Shown: positions 38,654-48,473 of the stretch, piece by piece
Position numbering within the stretch: position 1 is the stretch's first letter
How the letters are laid out: every line of letters starts with the position of its first letter
Origin: Verrucomicrobiota bacterium
Lineage (GTDB): Bacteria > Verrucomicrobiota > Verrucomicrobiia > Verrucomicrobiales > DEV007
Reading direction: 5' to 3'
Assembly: GCA_045046875.1 (NCBI GenBank)
Contig: JASFYY010000049.1
Span: forward strand, 15,039 to 79,038
Length of the DNA stretch: 64,000 nucleotides
The notes under the pieces: model-generated
The model's input: only the letters and a program-made list of their open reading frames with translations
The model's database searches: none
Told to the model about the DNA's origin: nothing
Made by a program: the position numbers and the translations under genes

Positions 38654-40588
38654 TTATTGGTAAAATGCAGCGATGGGCAGGGAGCGGAAACGGGAGGAGA
38701 TTTGTTTGTTTTTTTCGTCGCGCACGTAGTAGCTCATGATGGCGCGGCCATGCATGAAGGTCAGGCTGATGTAGGAGTAGGTGTGCTGTTTGCTGGTTTC
38801 GAGATTGATTTTGTTGTGCCACGTTTTGCCTTCGTCGGATGAAATGGCGGCGGTAAGAGGGCTGCGTTTGCCGCTGTGCCCGGCTCCCTTTTCATAGTTG
38901 TCATTCCAGATCAACAACAGGTCACCGGTGGAGGGGATGCGGCGGATGGTGGCCGGAGCTTCGGGTGAACGCACGTTCCAGGACGCTGGTTTGGACCAGG
39001 TTTCACCACGGTCTTTGCTGTAGCTGATAGCGATGTGCCCGGACTGGGTGCGGATCAGCATGCCGATGCTGCCATCCTTGAATTCGATGAATTCGGGTTC
39101 CATCGCGCCGCGTTTGGAGTAGTCCACGATCTGCTGGCTTTTTTTCCAGCTTTTGCCCTGGTCATCAGAAAACAGGCAGTAGGATTTGATGTGGCTGATT
39201 TTTTTGATGTCCGGGCTGAACCACATAGGGGCTAACAGTCGTCCGTCACGCAGGCGGGTGATGCGGTCATTATTCATTCCCTGGTATCCGGCTTCATCGG
39301 TGAGGCTGTGTTGTTCGCCAAATTTCAGTGGCTCTTTAGCGGACGAGGTCCGCATATAGGGATGCATGTCGTTGAGAGAGTTTTTTCTTAGATAGAAAAA
39401 TCCGATCCGGGTATCTTCGCCCAGTGGAGAAGTCAGATAACGCAGGGTGACCGACATGATGTTTTTGTCTTTTTCCGGGCTTTGCAGAACGATGGTATCA
39501 CCCCAACTGCGTCCTGCGTTGGGTGAAGTCCGAGCGATGATGCGGGCTTCAGCATGATCGGAACCGCTGCCGACAAATTCGGTGGTGGCGTAGAGTAGGC
39601 TGCCGTCCGGCATGGGCAGAATAGAGCCCTCGCTGTAACGCGGGTTTTTCTTGGTGGCGGGGAAAACTTCGCGGGAAATGTTTTCGTTGCTGTCAGGCGG
39701 CACGTCTTGGGAAAGCACAAACAGTGCTTGCGCGGCTCTCACCCGGACGTCAATATTTTCATCATCGAGCAAGGGGATCAGGCGATCCTTGGCGGAGGTG
39801 ATGCGCGCCTCGCCAGCGAAGGTGGCGGAGTAAGTTCTGATAGCGGGATCGTCGGAGCGAAGGTTGCGCAGTACCGCAGTTATGCCGCGAGGGTCACCGA
39901 GCAGGGCAAGGGAGTTCTCGAAGTAGGCGCGAATCAGGGGATCTTTTTGTTTGCTCAGACCTGCCCGCAGTCCGGGTAGATCAGTACGGGCATCGCCAAT
40001 ACGGCCGAGCACCCAGGCGACAATGCGCACAATGTCCTGATCTTCATCGTCGAGATGATCACGTAAGAACTTCATCGCCTGAGGGTTGCCTTGGCGACCG
40101 AGGGCAGCGGCGGCCATCAGCGCTTGTTTGATGTTTTTGCTTTTGAGCGCGGCGCGCATCAGTTGACCGTCGGCGATCTCGTTGACCTTGTAGAGGCTTT
40201 CGCAGGCGTGCACATGGCCGTGGGGATCTTTTCCTGCGAGGATGTCGAACATGATAGCCGCCTTGCTGCGGTCGCCGGCACGAACCAGTTCGCGCGCCAG
40301 GCCGACCCGGTGTTGATCGTCTTTTTCTGTTTTGAGTTTGGGGGTGAGGAATTTGGTGACTTCATTCCCGTGACCAGCCAGTGTCAGAGCTTCGCAAGCA
40401 TGGATCGATGGCCAGAAATTGTCCGGGCCTTGTGCTCGAATACCGTCACGCAGAATTTTCAAGCCTTTGGCGCTGGTCTTGGCATCCAGATGGATCGTGC
40501 CGGGTGCAGGAGGCGTCGAGTCTGCCGCCTGGATTTGCGCGTTGGGGATCAGTAGGGCGAGCGCTGCGCCAAGTGCGTAGCGAAACAT
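38654..40588 (-). CDS. HEAT-repeat + BNR/Asp-box sialidase-like protein, secreted
   Basis: HEAT-like helices (DENIDVRVRAAQAL) followed by Asp boxes SDDQGKSW, SKDRGETW, SSDEGKTW; start 40588 or 40609. Confidence 0.8.
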   Translation of the reverse strand: MFRYALGAALALLIPNAQIQAADSTPPAPGTIHLDAKTSAKGLKILRDGIRAQGPDNFWPSIHACEALTLAGHGNEVTKFLTPKLKTEKDDQHRVGLARELVRAGDRSKAAIMFDILAGKDPHGHVHACESLYKVNEIADGQLMRAALKSKNIKQALMAAAALGRQGNPQAMKFLRDHLDDEDQDIVRIVAWVLGRIGDARTDLPGLRAGLSKQKDPLIRAYFENSLALLGDPRGITAVLRNLRSDDPAIRTYSATFAGEARITSAKDRLIPLLDDENIDVRVRAAQALFVLSQDVPPDSNENISREVFPATKKNPRYSEGSILPMPDGSLLYATTEFVGSGSDHAEARIIARTSPNAGRSWGDTIVLQSPEKDKNIMSVTLRYLTSPLGEDTRIGFFYLRKNSLNDMHPYMRTSSAKEPLKFGEQHSLTDEAGYQGMNNDRITRLRDGRLLAPMWFSPDIKKISHIKSYCLFSDDQGKSWKKSQQIVDYSKRGAMEPEFIEFKDGSIGMLIRTQSGHIAISYSKDRGETWSKPASWNVRSPEAPATIRRIPSTGDLLLIWNDNYEKGAGHSGKRSPLTAAISSDEGKTWHNKINLETSKQHTYSYISLTFMHGRAIMSYYVRDEKNKQISSRFRSLPIAAFYQ

Positions 40589-40765
40589 GAAGGGGGGATT
40601 TTTTGTCATCACAATTTTGAAAGGGGTAATATCAGCATTAGCAGGGTGAATATGCAAGGATTGTGTTTGATTCGGTTGAGAATGAGCCGGGCAGCCGTCT
40701 TGTGTTATTTTATAAAACAATGATGGGATATTATAAGTATCTCTTGTTATAATGAATTTGAGCAA

Positions 40766-43700
40766 ATGAAAAAATCCCCCGTATTTTTAAAACCCTTGCT
40801 GCTGCTTGCCTTGTGCAGCGCTGCGGCAAAGCAGAGTCAGGCGCAATCGACGCCCAAGGAGCGACGCATCACACATCGTGAGCAGTCGCTCAAATCCTAC
40901 AATCCGTTCACTGCGGATGAGATGTGGAAACATATCAAGATACCGCCCGCTCCACCTCTGACCCCTGAACAAGCTTTGGCTTCTTTTAAAATGGCGCCGG
41001 GATTTAAGGTGGAGTGTGTGGCGTCCGAGCCTCTGGTGGTGGACCCGGTGATGTTCGAATTTGATCCTGATGGTCGGATCTGGGTGGTGGAGATGCGCGG
41101 TTGGATGCGTGACCTCGAAGGTTCGGGTGAGGGCGATCCGATTGGCAAGGTGGTGGTGCTCGAGGATACGGACGGGGATACGATCATGGACAAGTCGACG
41201 GTTTTTCTTGATCAACTGGTGATGCCACGCACGGTTGCTTTTGTGCAGGGTGGGGTGTTGATCGCTGAGCCGCCTTTTTTGTGGTTTTGCGAAGATACCG
41301 ATGGTGACCTGAAGTGTGATCGTAAAACCAAAGTGGCTGACTGGGGACGGGCGGGCAATCCCGAGCACACCGAGAACGGTCTGATGCACGCGATTGATAA
41401 CTGGATGTATAATGCCAAGTCCACCGAGCGGCACAAGTTCATCGATGGAAAACTGATTGCAGAAAAAACGATCTTTCGCGGTCAGTGGGGAGTGACCCAG
41501 GATGACTACGGGCGTTTGTTTTACAATTATGAAAACTCATCGCTGCATGCGGATTTGTTGCCGGCGGAGTATGTGTTGCGCAATCGTCACACCGGTGGAC
41601 GTTCGTCTTACGGGTTGAATGTCAAAGTCGCTGCCAAGGCGCAGGAGGTGTTTCCGGTTCGGGTGACGCCGGGCATTACTCTGGGAGGAACCGAATTGCG
41701 CAAGGATGGCACTTTGCGCACTTTTACGATTGCCTGTGGCCCGTCTATTTATCGAGGCACTCAGTTTCCGGCTAAATTTAATGGTTATGCGGTGATCCCG
41801 GAGGCGGCGGGGAACTTGGTGAGACTGGACCGGGTGTTTGGGGACGGGGCGGAGTTGGAAACGCAGAATGCTTTTGATCAGCGCGAGTTGCTGGCTTCGA
41901 CTGATGAGCGATTCCGGCCTGTCTGTAGTCGCACCGGACCGGATGGCGCGCTCTACATTGGTGATCTCTACCGCGGTATTATTGAGCATGTGATTTTCAT
42001 GATGCCTTATTTGAAAAACCAAATTCAGTCACGCGGGCTCGATAAACCGGTGGGCTTAGGGCGGATTTACCGGATCACTCATGAGGGCAAAACTTTGGAG
42101 AAAGTGCCACGCATGTCCGGGCAGAGTTCAGCAGAACTGGTCGCGTATCTTTCGCATGCCAATGGTTGGTGGCGCGATACGGCGCAACGATTGTTGGTCG
42201 AGCGCAAAGCGGTGGAGGTGGCGGATCAGCTTAAAGAGTTGGTGACGGGTGGAGAGAATGCTCTCGCCCGTTTGCATGCTTTGTGGACTTTGCAGGGTAT
42301 CGGTAAGTTGGACTGGAAAATTGTGAATGAGGGAATGGGGGATGAAGATCAGATGGTCAGAGCGACGGCGATTCGGCTGAGTGAAGCATTTATCGGAACT
42401 AAGCGGGAGCGGGAGCAAGTGTTCGAGGATTTGAGTGGTGTTTTTAAAATCGACCAACCGATGGTTCAATTGCAACTGCAGTTGACCCTGGGGAACATAA
42501 AGACAAGTGCCGCTGAAGCACAAATGGTTCAGATTTTGAATCGGAATCCCAGCCGGCTCTTTGCCACGGCTACGATCAGCGGGCTTGCTGGACGTGAATT
42601 GGAATTCATCACTCGTTTGTTAGAGGGGGGAGAGTGGTCGAGGGAAAAAGAAAATCATAGTCTTGTTTTGAAAACCCTGGCCAGTGCGGTGGTGAATGAA
42701 GGGACGGGCGAGCGAGTAGGCAGCTTGCTTGAACTGGCAGCCGTGCAAGATGGAGAGCAGGAATGGAGAGGGCGCTCTATATTAACTGGAATATTAGAAT
42801 CTAATCGAGCCAAAGAGAAATGGCCGACCCCTTTTGAGTTAACAGTCAAACCGCAGATTCTGGATAAACTTGGAGCATCGTCGAAATTTGACCGGGCAAA
42901 AATGTTGCCTGCGCTGCAACGGATCGTGACCTGGCCGGGCGATGAATTTTCCCACCCGGAACGGCCGGTTCCCAAAGCGCTGACGGAGGTCCAGGAGCAA
43001 CGGCGTATTGCTGGAGAAGCGGTATACAATGCTACCTGTTTTGCTTGTCATAAAGGTAATGGACGGGGCTTGATCGGGCAGGCGCCGCAGCTGGCAGATT
43101 CAGGCTGGGTGAACGGTCCGGCGGATAGGATCGTGCGCATTGCGTTGAACGGGGTGCAGGGGCCGATTGAGGTGAATGGAACGGTATGGAATCATACCAT
43201 GCCGGGTCTGGGCAGCAGTCCGATTTTGAATGACGAACGCCTGGCGGCGGTATTGACCTATATCCGCCGGGCCTGGGGGAATTACGGAGATGCGGTGGAG
43301 CCCGAGTTGGTTGCTGCGATCAGAAAGGAGTCGGCTGGCCGGAGTATTCCCTGGCTGGTGGAAGAACTGTTGGATCCGGCAGTGAGAGCCAAGTCGCAGC
43401 CAGCGGCACCGCTTGACCCTTTGGCAAAATATCGTGATGTTTTGAAAAACGGCGATGCCGATCGTGGCAAAGAGATTTTCCACACTAACCTTTTTTTGCG
43501 TTGCAACGCTTGCCATAAGGTGGGGAAATCCGGCGGTGGTTTTATTGGTCCGGATTTGAGTGATGTGGGTGGTCGGGCGAGCAGCAATGAATACTTGTTG
43601 GAATCGCTGATCGTGCCGAACGCGAAGATTGTGGAAGGTTATCAGACGATGGTGATCACCACCAGGGACGGCAAATTCCAAGCGGGGACTTTGGTGTCGG

Positions 43701-43885
43701 AGGATGAAAAAAATGTTATATTAGCCCAAATGACTGGCGGGGAGATCCGTGTGCCGGTGGCTGATATCAAGGAGCGGGTGCTGTCTCCGATTTCGACGAT
43801 GCCGCCGGTGGGGGCGATTTTTTCTGTTCAAGAAATTGCAGACCTGGTTGCCTATTTGAGTTCGCTGAAGGTGGCTGGAAAATAA
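40766..43885 (+). CDS. PVC-type membrane-bound dehydrogenase-domain / heme-binding protein with two CxxCH
   Basis: LEDTDGD propeller, FRPV...GPDGALY, WWRDTAQRLL, CFACH and CNACH, GPDLS. Confidence 0.88.
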   Translation: MKKSPVFLKPLLLLALCSAAAKQSQAQSTPKERRITHREQSLKSYNPFTADEMWKHIKIPPAPPLTPEQALASFKMAPGFKVECVASEPLVVDPVMFEFDPDGRIWVVEMRGWMRDLEGSGEGDPIGKVVVLEDTDGDTIMDKSTVFLDQLVMPRTVAFVQGGVLIAEPPFLWFCEDTDGDLKCDRKTKVADWGRAGNPEHTENGLMHAIDNWMYNAKSTERHKFIDGKLIAEKTIFRGQWGVTQDDYGRLFYNYENSSLHADLLPAEYVLRNRHTGGRSSYGLNVKVAAKAQEVFPVRVTPGITLGGTELRKDGTLRTFTIACGPSIYRGTQFPAKFNGYAVIPEAAGNLVRLDRVFGDGAELETQNAFDQRELLASTDERFRPVCSRTGPDGALYIGDLYRGIIEHVIFMMPYLKNQIQSRGLDKPVGLGRIYRITHEGKTLEKVPRMSGQSSAELVAYLSHANGWWRDTAQRLLVERKAVEVADQLKELVTGGENALARLHALWTLQGIGKLDWKIVNEGMGDEDQMVRATAIRLSEAFIGTKREREQVFEDLSGVFKIDQPMVQLQLQLTLGNIKTSAAEAQMVQILNRNPSRLFATATISGLAGRELEFITRLLEGGEWSREKENHSLVLKTLASAVVNEGTGERVGSLLELAAVQDGEQEWRGRSILTGILESNRAKEKWPTPFELTVKPQILDKLGASSKFDRAKMLPALQRIVTWPGDEFSHPERPVPKALTEVQEQRRIAGEAVYNATCFACHKGNGRGLIGQAPQLADSGWVNGPADRIVRIALNGVQGPIEVNGTVWNHTMPGLGSSPILNDERLAAVLTYIRRAWGNYGDAVEPELVAAIRKESAGRSIPWLVEELLDPAVRAKSQPAAPLDPLAKYRDVLKNGDADRGKEIFHTNLFLRCNACHKVGKSGGGFIGPDLSDVGGRASSNEYLLESLIVPNAKIVEGYQTMVITTRDGKFQAGTLVSEDEKNVILAQMTGGEIRVPVADIKERVLSPISTMPPVGAIFSVQEIADLVAYLSSLKVAGK

Positions 43886-43905
43886 ATGCACATTGATAAT
43901 CCCAC

Positions 43906-45384
43906 ATGAAACGAATTTTTACAGGCTTGATCCCGGTGTTGCTTGCATTGTCAGGCTCGCTACTGGGGGGAGAAAAAACGGATCGGCGACCGAATGTGGT
44001 TATCATTCTTGCTGATGATATGGCTTGGGCGGATGTGGCTTGTTACGGGGCGAAATTTCACGAAACTCCGAGCCTTGACCGGTTGGCTGCCGAGGGCATG
44101 CGTTTCACTAACGGCTACGCGGCGCACATGAGTTGTTCGCCGTCGCGGGCAGCCCTGTTGACCGGACGTTATCCGGCGCGGTTAAAAATCACCGCTTATA
44201 TTCCCGGTCCGAAATTGAGTGGCAAATACCTGCCGGCGGAAATGCGGATGCAGTTGCCTTTTGAAGAAGTGACGCTGGCCGAGGTACTGAAGGAGGAGGG
44301 CTACTCGACTCTGTTTGTGGGTAAGTGGCATTTGGGTGACAAACCTTATCTGCCTGAAAAACAGGGTTTTGATGTGAACATCGGCGGCAATCGTTCCGGT
44401 GCGCCCGGAAGTTATTTCTGGCCATATGGACGGGATAAAAAAAGAAGGGGCTATCATGGCACCGAAGTTCCTGGTTTGGCCGAAGCAGGAAAAAAGGGCG
44501 AGCACTTAGGGGATCGATTGACGAGTGAAGCGCTCAAGTTGATCGAAGCCCACAAGGACAAACCGTTTTTTCTCTACCTGCCTTTTTATGATGTGCATAC
44601 CCCGATTCAGGCCAAGGCGGACTTGGTCGAAAAGTACCGTAAAAAAGCAAAACTGATAGGATTGCCGGAAGAAAAAAAGGCGCAATTCAAACAGGACGGA
44701 ACAGTGGCGAGAGGAACCCGGGCCGGGCTTAAACAGAACAGGGCTCGGCAGGAACAGAATCATCCGGCTTATGCGGCGATGGTGGAAACTTTGGATGCGA
44801 ATGTGGGGCGCATTCTTGACGGATTGAAAACAATGGGGCTTGAAGAGAATACCATCGTGATTTTCACTTCCGATAATGGGGGTTACCCTCCTATAGCCAG
44901 TAATCTGCCTTTTCGTGGAGGCAAGGGCTGGGCGTATGAGGGAGGGGTTCGTGAACCTTGGTTGGTGAAATGGCCGGGAGTGACCCAGGCGGGAAGTGTG
45001 TGTGATGTGCCGGTGATTTTCACCGATATTTTCCCTACGGTTTTGGATATGGTCGGCTTGCCACTTCGTCCTGAGCTGCATTTGGATGGAACCAGTATCA
45101 CTTCACTCTTAAAAGGGAAAGGGGAGCCTGTGCATGATGCTTTGTTCTGGCATTACCCTCATTATGCCAGTTATGGCTGCGGGCCCTACAGCGCAATTCG
45201 CGAGGGGGATTGGACCTTGATTGAGTGGCTTGAGGATGAATCGGTGGATTTGTTTAATCTGGCGGAGGATGTCGGGCAACAAAACAATCTTGCCAGCGCT
45301 TACCCGGACAAGGTGAATCGGTTACGAAAAAAACTCCATCAGTGGAGGAAAGATGTGGATGCCAATATGCCGCGGGCAAAATGA
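43906..45384 (+). CDS. Sulfatase (arylsulfatase-like)
   Basis: NVVIILADD, CSPSRAALLTG, GKWHLG, SDNGG, YEGGVREP. Confidence 0.93.
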   Translation: MKRIFTGLIPVLLALSGSLLGGEKTDRRPNVVIILADDMAWADVACYGAKFHETPSLDRLAAEGMRFTNGYAAHMSCSPSRAALLTGRYPARLKITAYIPGPKLSGKYLPAEMRMQLPFEEVTLAEVLKEEGYSTLFVGKWHLGDKPYLPEKQGFDVNIGGNRSGAPGSYFWPYGRDKKRRGYHGTEVPGLAEAGKKGEHLGDRLTSEALKLIEAHKDKPFFLYLPFYDVHTPIQAKADLVEKYRKKAKLIGLPEEKKAQFKQDGTVARGTRAGLKQNRARQEQNHPAYAAMVETLDANVGRILDGLKTMGLEENTIVIFTSDNGGYPPIASNLPFRGGKGWAYEGGVREPWLVKWPGVTQAGSVCDVPVIFTDIFPTVLDMVGLPLRPELHLDGTSITSLLKGKGEPVHDALFWHYPHYASYGCGPYSAIREGDWTLIEWLEDESVDLFNLAEDVGQQNNLASAYPDKVNRLRKKLHQWRKDVDANMPRAK

Positions 45385-46265
45385 GAATACTTTTAAAAAA
45401 CAGAATGATGAAACGATACACACTGATTGCTTTGGGATGGATAGGTTGCTGCTGCCTCCAGATGGCTTTGCCGGAGGTTTGGTGCGCGGATAATAAACCG
45501 ATAGAAAAACAGGCCTTGGTTTTTGTGATCACCGGAGAGAGCAATTCGGGAGGGGTGGGTAGGAACTCCAATGCGTCGCCGAAGGAAATGGCGCCTAGGC
45601 CCGCTGTTCAGATCATGAATTTGACAGATGGCAAGTTTGGCTTTGAGGCTCTGCAGCTGGGGGTGAATAATTTGCGGGATCATTTCGGTTTACAGAATCG
45701 TTATGAAGACCGGCATGGTTTTGAAAATGAATTGGCGAACGCGGTTGAGCGGGGTGGTTTCTCTGGGCGGAAACAGGTGCATTTGATTAAAACGGGCCAT
45801 GGGGGTTCGATGATTGGTCAGTGGAGCGAGGTTAATGCCTCGGGTTATTGGAAGAAGTTTCTCCAGCGTATCGAGGCAGGAAAAAAACAGGTGCCTGCGA
45901 ATGCGCAGTGGGTGGTGTGGTTCAGCTTGGGCATCAATGATGCCATTGATAAAACCCCGATTGAGCTGTGGGAGAAAGAAACCCGGGCGCATATCAAAAA
46001 AATTCAGGCGACGCTGCCGGGTGCCATTGTGGTTATGACTCAGTTTCAAGCGATGGGAACTGACAAAAAGAAAGGTATTTATCCGCAAACCGATGCGGCG
46101 ATCGCTCGAATCGCTGCAGATGAAAAAGGGGTTTATGCGGTGGATTCAACAGGGGCGAAGTTGGTGGATAAAAATCACTGGAGTTACGAAGGCTTGAAAA
46201 CGGTGGTGCAGCGGATGGTGAAGATCACTCAACAAGCGATTCTCAGACATCCTTTACTAGATTGA
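45381..46265 (+). CDS. Sialate O-acetylesterase (SASA)/SGNH-like carbohydrate esterase
   Basis: VFVITGESN (GQSN-like), DKNH catalytic-like motif; ATGA coupling with the sulfatase. Confidence 0.6.
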   Translation: MRILLKNRMMKRYTLIALGWIGCCCLQMALPEVWCADNKPIEKQALVFVITGESNSGGVGRNSNASPKEMAPRPAVQIMNLTDGKFGFEALQLGVNNLRDHFGLQNRYEDRHGFENELANAVERGGFSGRKQVHLIKTGHGGSMIGQWSEVNASGYWKKFLQRIEAGKKQVPANAQWVVWFSLGINDAIDKTPIELWEKETRAHIKKIQATLPGAIVVMTQFQAMGTDKKKGIYPQTDAAIARIAADEKGVYAVDSTGAKLVDKNHWSYEGLKTVVQRMVKITQQAILRHPLLD

Positions 46266-46277
46266 GCGAATGTCGTT

Positions 46278-47939
46278 TTAGGGTTTGGCTTTGGTAAGCA
46301 GGATGCTATGTGGACGAATTTGCATTTCGTAGTTGGCAGTTTGCGCCGTGATCAATAACACTTCACCGAGTGATATATTGCGTAGGTTCAAGGTTATTTT
46401 TTTATCGTCTTTGGATTTTTTGAGAACCAGGTTTATCCCTTTTTGATTGACGGGGGATTGGCTGTCCAGGTCTACGGAGCGTTGCTGTAAGTAGGCGAGA
46501 GCATCATTTATTGGAGTGCCTTTGAACTCAACAGAAGGTAGGATGATGTTTTTTAATTTGTTTTGAATAGCGGATGATTCTTTTTCTTTGACCACAGAGG
46601 TGTGAAAATTCTGTGGAACCAAGGCGATGGCATGGGGCATTTTTTTCAAGTCGGCGTCTGCCAAGTCGGCGATTACTCGGAGAGCTTCCCCGAGAGGGAT
46701 GTTCGATAGCCTTAGAGTAAGCTTCACATCAGACAAGGCTTGGTATGAGATAATGTTGACGCCTTTGTCAGCGGGGTTCTTCTCGGAGGTGTCGAGCTCT
46801 CTGCTTCGATGAACTATGAAGTTGATAGCATCTGGCAAAGAGGTATCCGCAAATTCGATCAATGGGATTATGATGGACTCGAGTTTATCTTCATGCAGTT
46901 GTGCAAGTTGATCCTTTCCGCTGTTTTGTTTGGCAATAGCGAGAGTGCTGACAAAGAGGGCGAGCGCGCTAAATAAGACGGTGATACTTGTGTTGTAGAG
47001 ACGGGTAGGTAGGTTTTTTTCCGGAGTTTTCATGATGTTTTTGATTCGGGTTTCCAGGGTGTGGGTTTTTGAGATAGCGAGTGAAAAGGTTCGGTCAGGG
47101 AGATCAGGGCGAGCCATGCGAACTAGAAATTCGGCGTATTGAACTGGACATGACCCGGCATGTAAAACCAACTGGTCACAGGCTTCTTCGCACAGCGTAT
47201 CGAGTTTGCGGCAAAGTGCCCAGGCGATAGGGTTGAACCAGTGGATCGAAAGTAGAATTTTACTTAGAAATAGTGATAGAATATCGTGGCGAGATACATG
47301 AGCTAGTTCATGGAGTAAAACGAGACGTAGCTGTTCTGGGCTCCACTGGATAGAGTTGTGGGGTAATACGATGGCCGGGCGTAGAAAGCCACCTGTAAAT
47401 GGAGTGTTTATTCCAGAAGCTAGAACGAGAGAAATTTTTTGTGAATGATGATTTTGGAGAAGTAACTGTTCGAAGGTTTTTTTGAAGGCAGTGGGTGCAG
47501 GTTTGGATTTTTTTGTTAAACGAGCAAACAGTAGAATGCCTGCCGCATAGTATGTAAGATAAGAAAGCGCACCTAGTAGCCAGATTGTTAGAACGATTGT
47601 ATAGGCAGGGATGGTGATTAATGGGGGAGAAAAATGGTCAGGGTTTGGAATGTTCTCAGAGAGGCTGGTAAAGGACGATGAGTGGTGAGGGGCTGGGGTA
47701 ATTAAAGAAGGGGGTGTTTGATTTGATAGAGAGGCGTACTGGGGAAGTATTTCCCATTGCAAGTGGGGATGTTGAAGTATGGGCATGAGGAGAATAAAGA
47801 GGATGGCTATCATGCCGAGCTTATGAGAAAAGTTGGGACTTAGAGAAAGTTTCCGAGCTGCTATCATAAAGATCAGGCTGATCAACAGCAGCAAGCTACT
47901 CCGTAGCGCGTATTCAGTGATGAAGTCGATTGCGGTCAT
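46278..47939 (-). CDS. BlaR1/MecR1-like M56 peptidase with duplicated C-terminal periplasmic domain
   Basis: HELAH, WFNP..W, EEACD, LETRI; two repeats of KL..II.P..EF..T...DA. Confidence 0.85.
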   Translation of the reverse strand: MTAIDFITEYALRSSLLLLISLIFMIAARKLSLSPNFSHKLGMIAILFILLMPILQHPHLQWEILPQYASLSNQTPPSLITPAPHHSSSFTSLSENIPNPDHFSPPLITIPAYTIVLTIWLLGALSYLTYYAAGILLFARLTKKSKPAPTAFKKTFEQLLLQNHHSQKISLVLASGINTPFTGGFLRPAIVLPHNSIQWSPEQLRLVLLHELAHVSRHDILSLFLSKILLSIHWFNPIAWALCRKLDTLCEEACDQLVLHAGSCPVQYAEFLVRMARPDLPDRTFSLAISKTHTLETRIKNIMKTPEKNLPTRLYNTSITVLFSALALFVSTLAIAKQNSGKDQLAQLHEDKLESIIIPLIEFADTSLPDAINFIVHRSRELDTSEKNPADKGVNIISYQALSDVKLTLRLSNIPLGEALRVIADLADADLKKMPHAIALVPQNFHTSVVKEKESSAIQNKLKNIILPSVEFKGTPINDALAYLQQRSVDLDSQSPVNQKGINLVLKKSKDDKKITLNLRNISLGEVLLITAQTANYEMQIRPHSILLTKAKP

Positions 47940-47943
47940 GGTA

Positions 47944-48330
47944 TTAATTTTGAGGGTCTTGTTTGGCTTCGGCAATCAGGTTTTCTATACGTTGCAGCTG
48001 TTCATCACTGAGAGGAAGCTTCGAGTGCCCCAATAGACCAGAGATGGCTTGTTCGATGGAACCTTGGAAAAAAGTGTTTACCAAGTGTATCATCATTGTG
48101 TCACCGGCTTTTTGTCGGGACAATACGGGTTGATAAATCAAAGCAGCGCCGTGTTTTTTTTGTTTCACTACTTTTTTGTCGACCAAAATGCTAAGGAGTT
48201 TTCGAATAGTCGAGTAACTGCAATCTTCGCCAAGATCCCGCCATACGTCTCGTGCCGTGGCTTGTTCGCGACGGAATAAGATGTCTAAGATTTGGCGCTC
48301 GCGGCGACTGGGGTGATGATTACTTGCCAT
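47944..48330 (-). CDS. BlaI/MecI/CopY-family repressor
   Basis: SRRERQILDIL, YSTIRKLL, FFQGS; adjacent to the M56 gene. Confidence 0.9.
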   Translation of the reverse strand: MASNHHPSRRERQILDILFRREQATARDVWRDLGEDCSYSTIRKLLSILVDKKVVKQKKHGAALIYQPVLSRQKAGDTMMIHLVNTFFQGSIEQAISGLLGHSKLPLSDEQLQRIENLIAEAKQDPQN

Positions 48331-48473
48331 GTGCGAATTTTTTAGCATTACGACAAAAGAGTCAAGCTTTAAGTGCGATTTTTTTCGCACTTGGTGGGAT
48401 TACTGCAGGGAAAGGTTATCTGGGATTGCGTTTTACGGTTTGATTAGACCATAGCATGCGGCATGTTCTGGAT

